Below, piece after piece: positions 10,235 through 21,916 of a stretch of DNA of 64,000 nucleotides; positions within the stretch are counted from its first letter, which is position 1, and every line of letters begins with the position of its first letter. The notes below the pieces were generated by a model that was not told where the DNA came from, searched no databases, and saw only the letters and a program-made list of their open reading frames with translations. Both the position numbers and the translations under genes were made by a program. This DNA comes from an uncultured Chloroflexia bacterium (lineage in GTDB: Bacteria; Chloroflexota; UBA6077; JACCZL01), in NCBI GenBank assembly GCA_963765765.1, contig CAVXYC010000011.1:23609-87608 (forward strand), read 5' to 3'.

Positions 10235-11485
10235 CTAGAGATCAGCCTTGCTGAGCGTGGTCAGGAAGTCCAAGTTGCTCGGGGTTTTGGATAGACGATT
10301 CAAGAGCAGGTCAATGCTGTTGGCATCGCCGATCTGGGCCAGCATGCGACGCATCGTCCAGACCATGCGCAGCGTGGTGTCGTCCAGCAGAAGCTCCTCT
10401 CGCCGCGTACCTGAGCGGAGAACATCGAGCGCTGGGAAAATTCGTCGCTCGGCGAGCTTTCGATCGAGAATGAGCTCGGCGTTGCCCGTGCCCTTGAACT
10501 CCTCATAGATGACATCGTCCATTCGGGAGCCCGTGTCTACGAGCGCGGTGGCTAGGATAGTGAGGGAGCCGGAGTCCTCCAGCTTACGAGCCGCGCCAAA
10601 AAATCGCTTGGGTGGATAGAGAGCGACAGGGTCAATACCGCCTGACAATGTGCGACCGCTCGGAGGAACCGCGAGGTTGTAGGCGCGCGTCAGTCTCGTA
10701 ATGGAGTCGAGCACAATGCAGACGTCCCGACCGCCTTCCACCAACCGTTTGGCGCGGTTGAGTGCCATTTCAGCGACGGTCGTGTGATCCTCCACCGGCT
10801 CATCGAAGGTGCTGGCAACAACTTCCGCATCCACAGATCGACGGAAATCGGTGACCTCTTCAGGCCGCTCACCCACTAACACGGCCATGATGTGCACTTC
10901 GGGATGATTGGCAGTGATGCCGTTGGCAATCTGCTTCAAAATGGTCGTCTTACCAGCCTTTGGCGGTGAGACGATTAGACCGCGCTGGCCCTTACCGATC
11001 GGTGACACCAGGTCGATGAGGCGCTGGGTCACGTTCTTGGGGTCGGACTCGAGCTTCAGCTGCTCCTGCGGAAAGATCGGCGTGAGCGCATCGAAATGCG
11101 GCCGCTGACGAGCCACATCCGGGCTCATGTCATTGACCAGCTCCACACGTAGCAGGCCGAAGTACTTCTCCGAGTCCTTGGGCGGGCGAACGTGGCCTGT
11201 GACGAAGTCGCCGGTTCGCAGTCCAAAGCGACGGATCTGCGACTGAGAGACATACACGTCAGACGAGCCCGGTAGGAATCGCTGCTGACGCAGGAAGCCG
11301 TATCCGTCCTCTACGACGTCGAGAACACCTGACGCCGCGACATCACCCTTGCCATCACCCTGAGACTGAAGGAGCCGGTAGACAAGCTCTGGCTTCTTGA
11401 GGTTCGCGGCATTCGAGATACCGGCCTCACGGGCGATCTCTGTGAGCTCATCGCGGCTCTTGGATTCGAGTTCTGTTATGTTCAC
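10235..11485 (-). CDS. rho: Transcription termination factor Rho
   Basis: [40 protein letters not shown] and EEFKGTGN motifs. Confidence 0.98.
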   Translation of the reverse strand: MNITELESKSRDELTEIAREAGISNAANLKKPELVYRLLQSQGDGKGDVAASGVLDVVEDGYGFLRQQRFLPGSSDVYVSQSQIRRFGLRTGDFVTGHVRPPKDSEKYFGLLRVELVNDMSPDVARQRPHFDALTPIFPQEQLKLESDPKNVTQRLIDLVSPIGKGQRGLIVSPPKAGKTTILKQIANGITANHPEVHIMAVLVGERPEEVTDFRRSVDAEVVASTFDEPVEDHTTVAEMALNRAKRLVEGGRDVCIVLDSITRLTRAYNLAVPPSGRTLSGGIDPVALYPPKRFFGAARKLEDSGSLTILATALVDTGSRMDDVIYEEFKGTGNAELILDRKLAERRIFPALDVLRSGTRREELLLDDTTLRMVWTMRRMLAQIGDANSIDLLLNRLSKTPSNLDFLTTLSKADL

Positions 11486-11716
11486 CGAGCGGACTCCGAG
11501 TGAAGGGGTGTGGTGGCGGAGCGAGGGAGCTTATCCCTGGTTGCTCACGGGGCGTGCGTCGTCTCTGCGCGACACGTGCGGCGATCGAATCAAATTCTTT
11601 TGAAACGAAACACTCGAAAGTGGAGCAGCGCGATTCGCGGTTCCGAAGAGAGGAAGAAACGCTCAGGAAGGCACAGCGTGGACCGGGCCGGATGGCCGCC
11701 AGATGTGCGATGCCGA

Positions 11717-11747
11717 ATTATAACAACGGAAGTGACTGCGCCGTCAA
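11717..11747 (-). promoter_or_regulatory. rho promoter (extended -10)
   Basis: Minus strand TTGACG-N19-TATAAT with a TG at the extended -10 position (TGtTATAAT). Confidence 0.7.
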
Positions 11748-11915
11748 TAGCAATCGCCGATGGAGATTACTTGACCCACGCGCGTTCAAGACCGCTGCTG
11801 CGCTTCTCATGTTCATCAACGCATCACGGCTCACCTGCGGGATCGATTGGAGCCGGGCGCTCGCGATTCAGACGAACGGCACTGTAGGCGTATTCACTTG
11901 TAACCGCGCGGGGCG

Positions 11916-12788
11916 TCATTCAGCCGAGACGGGCGACTGGACGACAGCCTCAATTGCGCTGGCATATGTATTCGCTACACTGCGGATGGTTTGCTCCGCC
12001 TCCGATGCAGCGCCGGCGAGTAGCTTGAGCACGATGCCGCCGCCTCCCGGCAGCACAGCGGCGGACGCGCATTGCTCGCCACGCTCGCTGGGAACATCGA
12101 TCGAATCGAGCAGGTCTTCCGAGCTCACGATGTTAGTTACCGCGATGAGCGTGCCGATTGCCGCTACGCCGCCTGCAAGAATTCCCGTTGCATCCAACGA
12201 GCGTTCTAGCGGATTCAACCGATATGACTCGATGTACAGCTCAGGACCAGACGGCCGCCGAACGGTCAAGTTCAAGGTGAGCGAGCGGAACTCCAATCGC
12301 TCTCCGGATTGGACCCGCCCTAAGCTAAGCACGTCTCCATAAATCGCCGTACCTCCATGCGCCACGATGAGCTCAACGCATTGATCGAGGCACGAGGTAC
12401 GAAACGGGATTAGTGACCTGGGCAGATACTCCAGCACCCCGGCATCTCCCACAGCGAGCTTGAGGGTCTGTTCGGCATGCCCGCCTGACATGGCAAACAC
12501 CTTGGTAGCTGCCTGTGTCGTGACCTGCGCTCGTGCGCCGGGCGCCACGCGTACGTCGACCATGTGTCGATCGCCGGCCAGCAGTCCTGCCGTCGGATTG
12601 GCCAGGATGACGTGCGCCATGTCCGGTCGACGCTCATCAGAATATAGCGCCCGTTGAACGGTGAGCGGGCTGCGGGTTCGAAGCTCGGTCAGCCGCGTAC
12701 GTCCGTCGCGAGGTTCGAAACGAAGCTCCGCGAGGCCGTGCTGCGATGAGTGAAGCTCAGGCGGCGCGGCAGTTGGAGTCGCGGTCAC
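11916..12788 (-). CDS. ureD: Urease accessory protein UreD
   Basis: [24 protein letters not shown] and GRVQSGE motifs; operon context. Confidence 0.92.
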   Translation of the reverse strand: MTATPTAAPPELHSSQHGLAELRFEPRDGRTRLTELRTRSPLTVQRALYSDERRPDMAHVILANPTAGLLAGDRHMVDVRVAPGARAQVTTQAATKVFAMSGGHAEQTLKLAVGDAGVLEYLPRSLIPFRTSCLDQCVELIVAHGGTAIYGDVLSLGRVQSGERLEFRSLTLNLTVRRPSGPELYIESYRLNPLERSLDATGILAGGVAAIGTLIAVTNIVSSEDLLDSIDVPSERGEQCASAAVLPGGGGIVLKLLAGAASEAEQTIRSVANTYASAIEAVVQSPVSAE

Positions 12789-13450
12789 GCCTGCACATGA
12801 TGATGTGAGACGGTTTCGATGATTCGCGCCAGGACTGCATCGAGACCTTCACCTGTGCGGCAGTTCGTGAACAGGAACGGCTTCCCGTCGCGGACAAGCT
12901 CGGCATCACGTCGCATGACTTCGAGGTCGGCCCCCACGTGAGGGGCCAGGTCCGTCTTGTTGATCACCAACAAATCGGTCTCAGTGATACCCTGGCCGCG
13001 CTTTCGAGGATCTTGTCACCGGCGGCCACATCGATCACGTAGAGCTGATAGTCGGCCAGCGCGGGACTGAAGGTGAGCGTCAGATTGTCGCCGCCGCTCT
13101 CGATCAGGATGAGATCGGCATCCGGATAGGCCTGCTCCAGCTCCTCTGCCGCCAGCAGATTGAGGCCGGGGTCCTCACGCACCGCCGTGTGAGGACAAGT
13201 GCCTGTCTCCACACCACGAATTCGTGCGGAGTCGAGCACGCCTGCGAGTGTTCGTGTGACGTGATTGGCATCCTCACGAGTGAAGATGTCATTGGTGATC
13301 ACCAGGGGCTGAAGACCCTCATCGAGCAGGCGAGGGACAAGGGCTTCGATGAGCGCGGTCTTGCCCGAGCCAACGGGGCCGCCTACACCGATGCGGGGAA
13401 CAGGGCCGTGTGCTGGTGGCTCGCGAACGAATCTTCGTGGACGTGCGTCA
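12785..13450 (-). CDS. ureG: Urease accessory GTPase UreG (frame breaks)
   Basis: [39 protein letters not shown] and INKTDL spread across shifted frames. Confidence 0.92.
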
Positions 13451-13546
13451 CTCTACTCCACACTTCACTCGATTGTTGAAACGCAGCGAGTGAGGCGAAT
13501 GCTTATGGTTGGCGGCCTGTCTAATCATAGCCACGCTCACAATGAG

Positions 13547-13651
13547 ACTTTGGACCGCGGCGGCCTTCGCCGCTTTTCCCGAGGCTGGAAGCCGCTCCAC
13601 AGCATCGCTCTGCTCGGAAGGGAAAGCGCAAAGACCGCCGTAGTCCAAAGT
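13547..13651. repeat. REP-like palindromic element (copy 1; related copy at 24187)
   Basis: ACTTTGGACCGCGGCGGCCTTCGCCGCTTT...AAAGCGCAAAGACCGCCGTAGTCCAAAGT. Confidence 0.7.
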
Positions 13652-13689
13652 GGGCGGGCTTTCGCTAGAAAGGGGCTTGCAAACCATGA

Positions 13690-14394
13690 TCAGCTCGCAA
13701 ACATCCGCAAATCGTCGTGTACGTGTCCCATTGACGCGATATCCAGCTCGGGGGTGAACGCGGTCATAGCCCGCCATGGGCGAGCATGCACCGATTCCAG
13801 GTCGTCCTGAATAGCGCCCTGCACGCGAAACATCAAGCCCTGACAGTCCGTATTGCTGATTGGCAGCAATCGAATTGCCGCACTGACCACCCCAGTAGCG
13901 TATCCATGGACATACCCGGCCAGAGCAAGATCAACACCGATATCCAATGCACTAGTGACCGCTCCTAACACCACCGCGCCGGTTCCAGGAGCCATCCGCT
14001 GCAAAACCCGACTACGATACGCGCCAAGTATCCTATCGTCGGAGAAGGCGACGGATTCCGCGAGCAGCCGCCGGCCGTGCTGCTGGGATGCTACCCGCAG
14101 CTCTGGCGCGATCTTCATCAGGACCAGCCGCCGGTCGATGCCGACGAGCTCGTCCAGAGCTCCCGCCTGGTGAGCCCGGTGAGCATTGACGAGCGCCACA
14201 CAGTCGGACGGAATGACCGCGTGTGTCAACGTCGATAAGCTGATTTGCTCAAGGTCTGCCAGCGTCTTGACCCGACCGCGTCGCACCATACCTTCCAGTC
14301 CCAACGAGTGTGCAAACATCCCGGTTGGAAAGAACGAGTCGGTGAGCTGAAGCAACGCTAGAAGGCTTGTGGACGATGGGCGGCCTTCACTCAT
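13690..14394 (-). CDS. ureF: Urease accessory protein UreF
   Basis: [20 protein letters not shown]...RMFAS. Confidence 0.95.
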   Translation of the reverse strand: MSEGRPSSTSLLALLQLTDSFFPTGMFAHSLGLEGMVRRGRVKTLADLEQISLSTLTHAVIPSDCVALVNAHRAHQAGALDELVGIDRRLVLMKIAPELRVASQQHGRRLLAESVAFSDDRILGAYRSRVLQRMAPGTGAVVLGAVTSALDIGVDLALAGYVHGYATGVVSAAIRLLPISNTDCQGLMFRVQGAIQDDLESVHARPWRAMTAFTPELDIASMGHVHDDLRMFAS

Positions 14395-16110
14395 ACGAGG
14401 AAGAACTTCTGGGCCAGGCTCAGGCGAGTGGCGGGCGGCACCGTTGCAAGCTCGCCGTCCACGCGCACCTCGTAGGTATCGGCGTTCACATCAATACGTG
14501 GAGTTCGATCGTTGCGGACCATGTCGCGCTTAGAAATGGATCGGCAGTTCCTGACCGGCTCGATAATGCGTCGCAAGCCGAGTTGGTCCTGTACACCGAT
14601 CTCGTAGCCTGCCTGGGACAGGAAGGTCACGGAAGTGCGGCTCAATGCAGGACCGAGCGCCCCGAATTGCGGCCGGTAGAACTGCGGCTCGCACGTCGGC
14701 ACCGATGCGTTTGGATCCCCCATGACGGCCCAGTTGATCATGCCGCCTTTGATGACCATTTTCGGCTTGGCACCAAACGAGCCAACGGGCCAGAGAACGA
14801 TGTCCGCCAGCTTGCCCGGCTCCAGCGAGCCGACCATGTGGCCGATTCCGTGTGTCACGGCAGGGTTGATCGTCAGCTTGGCCAGGTAGCGCAATACTCG
14901 GAAGTTGTCATGCTCGGCCGCGTCCTCCTGGAGCTTCCCCTTCATCTGACGCATCTTGTCCGCCGTCTGGAAGAGACGCGTGAACGTCTCGCCCACACGC
15001 CCCATCGCCTGTGAGTCGGACGAGTACATGCTGATCACGCCCAGATCGTGTAGCACATCCTCTGCCGCCATGGTCTCAGGACGAATCCGGCTCTCCGCGA
15101 ACGCGACGTCCTCAGCCACGCCGGGATTCAGATGGTGGCAGACCATCAACATGTCCATGTGCTCCGCGAGCGTATTGACCGTGTACGGCCGCGTCGGATT
15201 GGTCGAAGACGGCAGCACGTTGAGCTCCGCCGCGATCTTGATAATGTCCGGCGCATGGCCACCGCCGGCGCCCTCAGTGTGAAAGGTGTGGATGGTGCGA
15301 CCAGCGATAGCGGCGATGGTGTCATCGACGTAGCCAGCCTCGTTCAGCGTATCCGTGTGGATCGCCACCTGAACGTCGAGCTGATCGGCGACGCTGAGAC
15401 AAGTATCTATCGCCGCCGGCGTGGTGCCCCAGTCCTCGTGCAGCTTGAGCCCACACACGCCAGCGCGCACTTGCTCGATGAGCGGCGCGGCGGCGCTAGC
15501 GTTGCCTTTGCCAAGAAGGCCCCAGTTCACCGGCAGCGACTCAGCAGCCTCTAGCATCCGGGCAATGTTCCAGGGTCCGGGGGTGCAGGTGGTGGCCCGC
15601 GTGCCATCTGCCGGCCCCGTTCCACCGCCAATCAGCGTCGTGATCCCGTTGGACAGCGCATCGTAGACCTGATGCGGCGTGATCATGTGGATGTGCGTAT
15701 CGATGCCGCCGGGTGTGGCGATCAGATGCTCGCCAGCGATGACCTCTGTGCCGGGTCCTACCACCATATCTGGGTCGATCCCGTCCATAATCCCGGGATT
15801 GCCGGCGTTGCCAACACCAACGATGCGACCGTCCTTGATTCCTATGTCGGCCTTGAGGATCCCCAGCACCGGGTCCATCACGATGGCATTGGTGATCACC
15901 AGATCCAACGCACCGTCCGCGTTAGTCACGCTCGACGACTGGCCCATCCCGTCTCGCGCCGTCTTGCCGCCACCGAAAACTAGCTCATCGCCGTGCGTCA
16001 AGCAGGTCACGCTCCACCTGACAGATCAGCTCGGTGTCCGCAAGGCGAAATCCATCGCCCGCTGTCGGACCATAGAGCTCGGCGTAGTGTTGTCGACTGA
16101 TCTCGGCCAT
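14391..16110 (-). CDS. ureC: Urease alpha subunit (frame break near 16005)
   Basis: N-terminus [16 protein letters not shown] at 16110; [29 protein letters not shown] and SSDSQAMGR motifs. Confidence 0.97.
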
Positions 16111-16500
16111 TAGCTCCCGCCCTCCACCGGCACATCGGAAAATCCGCGCTCGCGAGCCAGGGCCGTCACACGATCTCGATCTTGCTCACTGGTGGTCGAA
16201 CCTTGAGTTAGCCCATTGAGGCCTTCCACGTATCGTGTCCCGCCAAGCTCAACCAGCTCGACAGATTTCGAATCGCCCGGCTCAAAACGCACCGCCGTAC
16301 CCGCGGGTATGTTCAGTCGCATGCCGAACGACGCCGACCCGATCGAACCGCAGGGCTCGGTTTACTTCAATGAAGTGGAAGTGCGATCCGACCTGAATGG
16401 CTCGATCGCCAGTATTCGCCACCGTGACGCTGACCGTGCGGCGGCCCGGATTGAGCTGGATGGGCTCAGAACCGACGATGTAGTTTGCAGTCTCAGACAT
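16110..16500 (-). CDS. ureB: Urease beta subunit (frame break near 16340)
   Basis: [15 protein letters not shown] then [15 protein letters not shown]. Confidence 0.95.
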
Positions 16501-16508
16501 CCCGCGGC

Positions 16509-16811
16509 TCAGACAATCGGTTCATGGCATGACACCAGCTTGGTTCCGTCCGTGAACGTCGCTTCAACCTGTACGAGTGGAATCAGCTCTGAGACGCCGT
16601 CCATGACCTCGGCGCGCGTCAAGACTTGCCGACCCAACGCCATGACTTCAGTCACGGACTTCCCGTCCCGTGCGCCCTCGAGCAGCGCCTCAGTGATGAG
16701 CGCAACCGATTCGGGGACATTGAGCTTGAGTCCGCGTGCGCGGCGCTTTCGAGCCAGGTCGGCAGCCACGTAAACGAGCAGTTTTTCCTGCTCGCGCGGC
16801 GTGAGCATCAT
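16509..16811 (-). CDS. ureA: Urease gamma subunit
   Basis: [10 protein letters not shown]...[13 protein letters not shown]. Confidence 0.97.
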   Translation of the reverse strand: MMLTPREQEKLLVYVAADLARKRRARGLKLNVPESVALITEALLEGARDGKSVTEVMALGRQVLTRAEVMDGVSELIPLVQVEATFTDGTKLVSCHEPIV

Positions 16812-16870
16812 GGTGAATCGTCCTCAGCTAGGAATTTGTGGTGCGAAGGGTAGCACGCGTTCAGCCGCGA

Positions 16871-16959
16871 GAGGACGGAGATGTCAAAGGTCAGAGGTCA
16901 AGGGGAGTCGTGGAGATCGGAGCCGTCCTTGACCTCTAACCTCTGACCTCTCCGTCCTC
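16871..16959. repeat. Heptamer-built inverted repeat
   Basis: 33-bp arms with (GGTCAGA)-like units and about 3 mismatches. Confidence 0.8.
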
Positions 16960-17707
16960 ACACCGCCAGATACTCGTCGATCACTGCCTGATCCAGCGCC
17001 GCGGTTGCACCCTGCTCCACCACCGAGCCGCGATCTAGGACGACGTACTCATCGCACGTTGCTACTGCGAAGTCGACGAACTGCTCGACAAGGAGCAGCG
17101 CAATGCCGCGTCGGTGAAGCTGGACGAGCACTTCCTCGATGAGCTGGACGATGGATGGCTGGATACCTTCCGTCGGCTCATCGAGCAGAAGCAAGCGCGG
17201 CTTGCTGACGAGCGCCCGCGCAATTGCGAGCTGCTGTTGCTGGCCGCCGCTCAGCGTTCCCGCGACACGCTGACGCATGTCACGCAGCACGGGAAACAGC
17301 TCGTAGACCTCTTCCAGGCTCTCTTGATGCTCGGCCGAACTCAGCTTAGAACGCGATTCGAAACCCATCAGAATGTTCTCGAACACTGACAAGTGCGGAA
17401 AGATTCCTCGCCCTTGGGGCACGTATCCGATTCCCAGACGGGCTCGTTCTTCTGGGCGCTTGGTGGTGATGTCATGGCCATCGACGACCATGTGTCCTGA
17501 GCGAACCTTGACAAGCCCCATGATGCTCTTGATCAGCGTCGTCTTCCCAACGCCGTTGCGCCCAATGAGACATACCGCGTGCCCCGCGGGAATCTCCAGC
17601 GACACATCCCTCAGGACACGGCTTTCACCGTAGCCCGCGCGGATGCCTTCTATAGATAGAAGCGGCTGAGCCATGATCTCCTCATCGCGCAAAGTCAAAT
17701 TGATCAC
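16958..17707 (-). CDS. urtE: Urea ABC transporter ATPase UrtE
   Basis: GRNGVGKT, LSGGQQQQ and DEPTEGIQPS motifs. Confidence 0.92.
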   Translation of the reverse strand: MINLTLRDEEIMAQPLLSIEGIRAGYGESRVLRDVSLEIPAGHAVCLIGRNGVGKTTLIKSIMGLVKVRSGHMVVDGHDITTKRPEERARLGIGYVPQGRGIFPHLSVFENILMGFESRSKLSSAEHQESLEEVYELFPVLRDMRQRVAGTLSGGQQQQLAIARALVSKPRLLLLDEPTEGIQPSIVQLIEEVLVQLHRRGIALLLVEQFVDFAVATCDEYVVLDRGSVVEQGATAALDQAVIDEYLAV

Positions 17708-18465
17708 GCGGCTTTGCGCTGGTTGTGACCGAGATACGCGTCGATGACACGCGGGTCAGCTTGAACCTCTTCCAGCGAACCCTCGCTGAGTACCGAGCCG
17801 AGGTGTAGCACGGTCACGATGCTGGCAAGCTGCCGCACGAACGCCATGTCATGCTCCACGATCAAGAGCGTCCGATCAGGATGCGCCGCCAGTACGCGGC
17901 GGAACAGCTCCGCGGTACGCTCGCGCTCGCCTCCACTCATGCCCGCCACCGGCTCATCGAGAAGGAGCAGCCGCGGATCCTGAACTAGCAGCATGGCGAT
18001 CTCCAGCCACTGTTTCTCACCATGAGACAGAATGCCAGCGCGCGTCGTGGAGCGATTCCATAGCCCGGAAAGCTCCAGAGTCTCGGCAATACGATCGCTC
18101 TGTTCGCTGGGCATCTTCTTGAGCGCTGCGAATAGGCCCGTCTTGGCCCCAACCACCACTTCCATGTTCTGCCAGACCGTCAGACTGGGGAAGATCGTGG
18201 GAGTCTGAAATTTTCGACCGATCCCCATTCGTGCAATCTCATGCTCCTGGTGACCGAGCAGCTTGCGGCCCTCGAATTCCACCGAGCCTCCAGTTGGCTT
18301 GGTTCGCCCGGTAATGATGTCCAGCAAGGTGGTCTTGCCCGCGCCGTTTGGACCAATGATGAAACGCAGCTCGCCGCGCTCCAGCGTCAACGAGAGCTTG
18401 TCCAGCACTGTCAGTCCATCGAAGCTAACGGACAGCTCTCGAAGCTCGAGTCGAGGATTGATCAT
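17704..18465 (-). CDS. urtD: Urea ABC transporter ATPase UrtD
   Basis: GPNGAGKT, IGRKFQ, LSHGEKQWLEI and DEPVAGM motifs. Confidence 0.92.
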   Translation of the reverse strand: MINPRLELRELSVSFDGLTVLDKLSLTLERGELRFIIGPNGAGKTTLLDIITGRTKPTGGSVEFEGRKLLGHQEHEIARMGIGRKFQTPTIFPSLTVWQNMEVVVGAKTGLFAALKKMPSEQSDRIAETLELSGLWNRSTTRAGILSHGEKQWLEIAMLLVQDPRLLLLDEPVAGMSGGERERTAELFRRVLAAHPDRTLLIVEHDMAFVRQLASIVTVLHLGSVLSEGSLEEVQADPRVIDAYLGHNQRKAA

Positions 18466-19586
18466 GACTGAACCTCCGCGGCGCGATGGATTGGCGCCGG
18501 GCCGACTTCTGGAGTGGGTACCAGCTCAATCTGCGAGCGCGGCGATGTGAACCGATGGAACAACTGGACTACCGCGCCCACCAGGCCCTGCGGGAACAAG
18601 ACCACGGCCCCAATGAAGAGCGCACCCAGGAAATACTGCCAGATATCGGGGAACGACTCGCTCAATCCGCTCTTCGCAGCGTTGACCAGCAAGGCGCCGA
18701 CAATCGGACCAACCAGTGTGGCCCGTCCACCCACGGCCACCCAAATCACCATTTCAATAGAGGGAACGATGCCCATGTTCGCCGGGGAGATGATCCCAAC
18801 CTGGGCCACGAAGAGCGCTCCCGCAACGCCGGCAATCGCCGCCGAAAGCATGAAGACTCCGAGTTTCACGTGGGCGAGGTCATATCCGAAGAACCGCAAA
18901 CGGTCCTCGTTGTCGCGACTACTGATGAGCACCCTCCCCGCTCTCGAGGCCGTGAACCACCGAAGCGCGCCATAGGTCAACGCCAGCGCAACCACGGTTA
19001 CGCAGAAGAGACCATATTGCACTGCTGGATCGGTCAACGGCAGACCGAACAGCGTGCTGAAGTTGGTCAGCCCATTGGTGCCGCCTGTGAAGGGCTGCTG
19101 TCCCACAAACAGGAGCGTGGCGATAAGCGCCAGCGCCTGAGTGATGATCGAGAAGTAAACGCCCTGAACACGCCCGCGGAACACCAGCAAGCCTAGCACC
19201 GCGGCCAGCGCCGCGGGGAGCACAAGAACCATGAGAAGTGCAAACCAGTGTTGCCCGAAGGGTGCCCAGAACCAGGGGAGCTCACGCAAGCCGCTCCAGC
19301 CCATGAAGTCCGGAAGACCGTCTTTGGCGGCCTCTAGCTTCATGTTCATCGCCAGCGCGTAGGCGCCCAGGCCAAAGAATACGCCGTGCCCCAGACTCAG
19401 CATGCCAGCGTAGCCCCAGGCGAGATCAATGGCCAATGCCACCATGGCGTACGTAAGGAACTTGGCCAGTAGGCCCATTCGAAAATCGGTAAGAAGCGCC
19501 GGCCCGCCGAAGATGAGCAGGGCGCTGATGGCGACGACCAGCGCCACCTCAATCGTGCTACGACGCGCGGACATTGCCTTCAGCAT
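18462..19586 (-). CDS. urtC: Urea ABC transporter permease UrtC
   Basis: LAWGYAGMLSLGHG, LPDFMGW..LPWFW and SIEMVIWVAVGGR motifs. Confidence 0.92.
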   Translation of the reverse strand: MLKAMSARRSTIEVALVVAISALLIFGGPALLTDFRMGLLAKFLTYAMVALAIDLAWGYAGMLSLGHGVFFGLGAYALAMNMKLEAAKDGLPDFMGWSGLRELPWFWAPFGQHWFALLMVLVLPAALAAVLGLLVFRGRVQGVYFSIITQALALIATLLFVGQQPFTGGTNGLTNFSTLFGLPLTDPAVQYGLFCVTVVALALTYGALRWFTASRAGRVLISSRDNEDRLRFFGYDLAHVKLGVFMLSAAIAGVAGALFVAQVGIISPANMGIVPSIEMVIWVAVGGRATLVGPIVGALLVNAAKSGLSESFPDIWQYFLGALFIGAVVLFPQGLVGAVVQLFHRFTSPRSQIELVPTPEVGPAPIHRAAEVQS

Positions 19587-19587
19587 G

Positions 19588-20503
19588 CTAACGCGCCCCC
19601 GCTGGCTCGATGCGGGACCGAAGCGAGACGAGTCCTGACGGCTTCCAGCGTAAGAAGAGGATCACCAGCAGCAGCACCGCCGCCTTGCCCACATTCGCCG
19701 TACTGACGAATTCAAAGGTGGAGTTCACCAGGCCGATCGCGAGCGCCGCCAGGATAGTGCCTGGGAGCTGTCCTACTCCGCCCAGAACCACGACCATGAA
19801 CGCATCAACGATGTAGTACGTACCCAGCGCTGGACCGATTGGCCCGAGCAGCGTGAGCGCACAGCCGGCGATTCCCGCCAGCCCAGCCCCAAGACCAAAG
19901 GTGTTGGCGTCCACGGCGCGCGTGGTGACGCCCAGACAGGCCGCGATATCGCGATTCTGCATGACCGCGCGCATGCGCCGTCCCGCCGAGGATTTATGCA
20001 AGATACGTGTAGATGGCCGCGACGCACAGGGCGACCAGCAGCACGATAAATAGTCGCTTGTAGGTAAATACCACGCCCGGCATCAGATCCAGTCCGCCAC
20101 TGAGCCAGGGTGGGCTGACCACCTGGACGTTGGGCGCACCAAAGATGCTTCGCGCCGCCTGCTGGAGCATGAGCGCAACGCCCCACGTGGCCAGCAATGT
20201 GTCCAACGGTCGTCCGTACAGGTAGCGGATGAGCGTCTGTTCCAGACCCATACCAAGCCCGGCAGACAGCACGAATGCCACGGGTAACGCCAGCAAGAAG
20301 CTCAATCCCATTGAGTCGCCTGTGGCGCCGCCCATCATGTTTTGGAGCACAAATGGTACGTACGCCCCAATCATGATGAATTCCCCATGGGCCATATTAA
20401 TGACGCCCATGAGGCCAAATGAAAAAGCAAGTCCCAGCGCCACGAGCAAGAGAATGGAAGCCACGCTGAGCCCGTTGAACGCCTGGGATAAAACGATCTC
20501 CAT
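19588..20503 (-). CDS. urtB: Urea ABC transporter permease UrtB (frame break near 20000)
   Basis: [24 protein letters not shown] and [15 protein letters not shown] motifs. Confidence 0.9.
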
Positions 20504-20530
20504 TATCTCCGTCTCCCCGTTGGCCGAACG

Positions 20531-20620
20531 GCCAGTGAAGAGTCAAGAGTTTGGATGGCGCTTGGGGAAACCGATTCGATCTCCACAATCCCGGCTCTTC
20601 ATTCTTGACTCTTCACTGGC
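20531..20620. repeat. Heptamer-built inverted repeat between urtA and urtB
   Basis: GCCAGTGAAGAGTCAAGAGT / ATTCTTGACTCTTCACTGGC arms (19/20 match). Confidence 0.8.
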
Positions 20621-20626
20621 GCGGCC

Positions 20627-21916
20627 TTACCGTCCCTTCTTCAGATCGGCTGCCCAGGAGTAGCCGTCCAGATACGGGTCGGGCTTGACCGGGCCGCCTG
20701 AATTCCAGACTTCGTCGAACTGACCGTCCGCTCGGACCTTGCCAATTCGGACCGTCTTCCAGACGTGCTGGTTCTTGTCATCTATTTTGACCGTGCCACC
20801 CGGGGCGTCGAACTCAAGGTTCTTGGCCGACTCTTTGACGGCGTCGACTTCAGTCGACTTGGCGGTCTCCACGGCCTTCTTCCAGAGATAGACTCCGAAA
20901 TAGCCAGCCTCGATCGGATCGTCAGTCACGCGGTTCGCGCCGAACTTCTCCTTGTACGCGGCGACGAACTTGTCGTTGGCAGGCGTCTTGGTGGTCTCGA
21001 AGTAATTCCAGGCCGTGAGATGGCCCAGCATATTGTCCGCGCCAATGCCGCGCACTTCCTCTTCCGCCACAGAGACGGAAAGCGTTTGCATCTGAGCGGT
21101 GGTGATGCCCGCGTCCTTGAGCTGCTTGAAGAACGCGACGTTGCTATCGCCGTTCAGCGTGTTGAAGACCACCTGCGGATTCGCCGCCTTGATCTTGCTG
21201 ATGACCGTCGAATAGTCGGTGTGGCCCAGCGGGGTGTATTCCTCACCTGCCAGCTCGCCACCTTCAGCCTTGAGCTGTGCCTTGATGATGTCGTTGGCCG
21301 TACGCGGGAAGACGTAGTCTGAGCCCAGGAGGTACATCTTCTTCATGTCGTTCTTGAGCAGGTAGTCCACCGCGGGGACGATCTGCTGATTCGTCGTTGC
21401 GCCCGTATAGAAGATGTTGGGCGACATCTCGAGGCCCTCGTACTGCACTGGGTAGAACAGCAGACCCTTGTTCTGCTCGAAGACTGGCAGTACCGCCTTG
21501 CGGCTTGCAGATGTCCAACAGCCAAAGACCACGGCGACCTTGTCGTTGGTGATCAGCTTTCTGGCCTTTTCCGCGAATGTCGGCCAGTCCGATGCGCCGT
21601 CCTCGATCACCGGAACCAGCTTCTTACCCATCACACCGCCGGCCGCGTTGATCTCGTCGATAGCGAGAAGGGTAGCGTCGCGGACAGACGTCTCACTGAT
21701 GGCCATGGTGCCGCTCAGCGAGTGCAGAATGCCGACCTTAATCTCATCTCCGCCTGCGGCCGGTGCAGCAGCAGCCTTCTCGGCTGGCTTCGCGGCTTCC
21801 GCCGGCTTTGCAGTCGGGTTTGGTGCCGCCGCGGGCGCGCAGGCCACAAGCGCGGTGGCCACAATGGCCAGCAGGCTCAGCGCCGCGTATTGAAACCGAA
21901 ACCGTTTCCGAGTCAT
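20627..21916 (-). CDS. urtA: Urea ABC transporter substrate-binding lipoprotein UrtA
   Basis: LVAC lipobox; [27 protein letters not shown] and GSDYVFPR motifs. Confidence 0.95.
   Translation of the reverse strand: MTRKRFRFQYAALSLLAIVATALVACAPAAAPNPTAKPAEAAKPAEKAAAAPAAGGDEIKVGILHSLSGTMAISETSVRDATLLAIDEINAAGGVMGKKLVPVIEDGASDWPTFAEKARKLITNDKVAVVFGCWTSASRKAVLPVFEQNKGLLFYPVQYEGLEMSPNIFYTGATTNQQIVPAVDYLLKNDMKKMYLLGSDYVFPRTANDIIKAQLKAEGGELAGEEYTPLGHTDYSTVISKIKAANPQVVFNTLNGDSNVAFFKQLKDAGITTAQMQTLSVSVAEEEVRGIGADNMLGHLTAWNYFETTKTPANDKFVAAYKEKFGANRVTDDPIEAGYFGVYLWKKAVETAKSTEVDAVKESAKNLEFDAPGGTVKIDDKNQHVWKTVRIGKVRADGQFDEVWNSGGPVKPDPYLDGYSWAADLKKGR

Noticed and set aside
11500-12342. 280-aa plus-strand ORF
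   Set aside because: Antisense to ureD and the rho leader; no recognisable motifs.
13448-13777. ORF between ureF and ureG as a possible ureE
   Set aside because: No UreE similarity; the region is a palindromic repeat element.
12785-16500. Programmed frameshifting or true pseudogenisation of urease genes
   Set aside because: No slippery-site pattern; the same indel noise occurs across the window.
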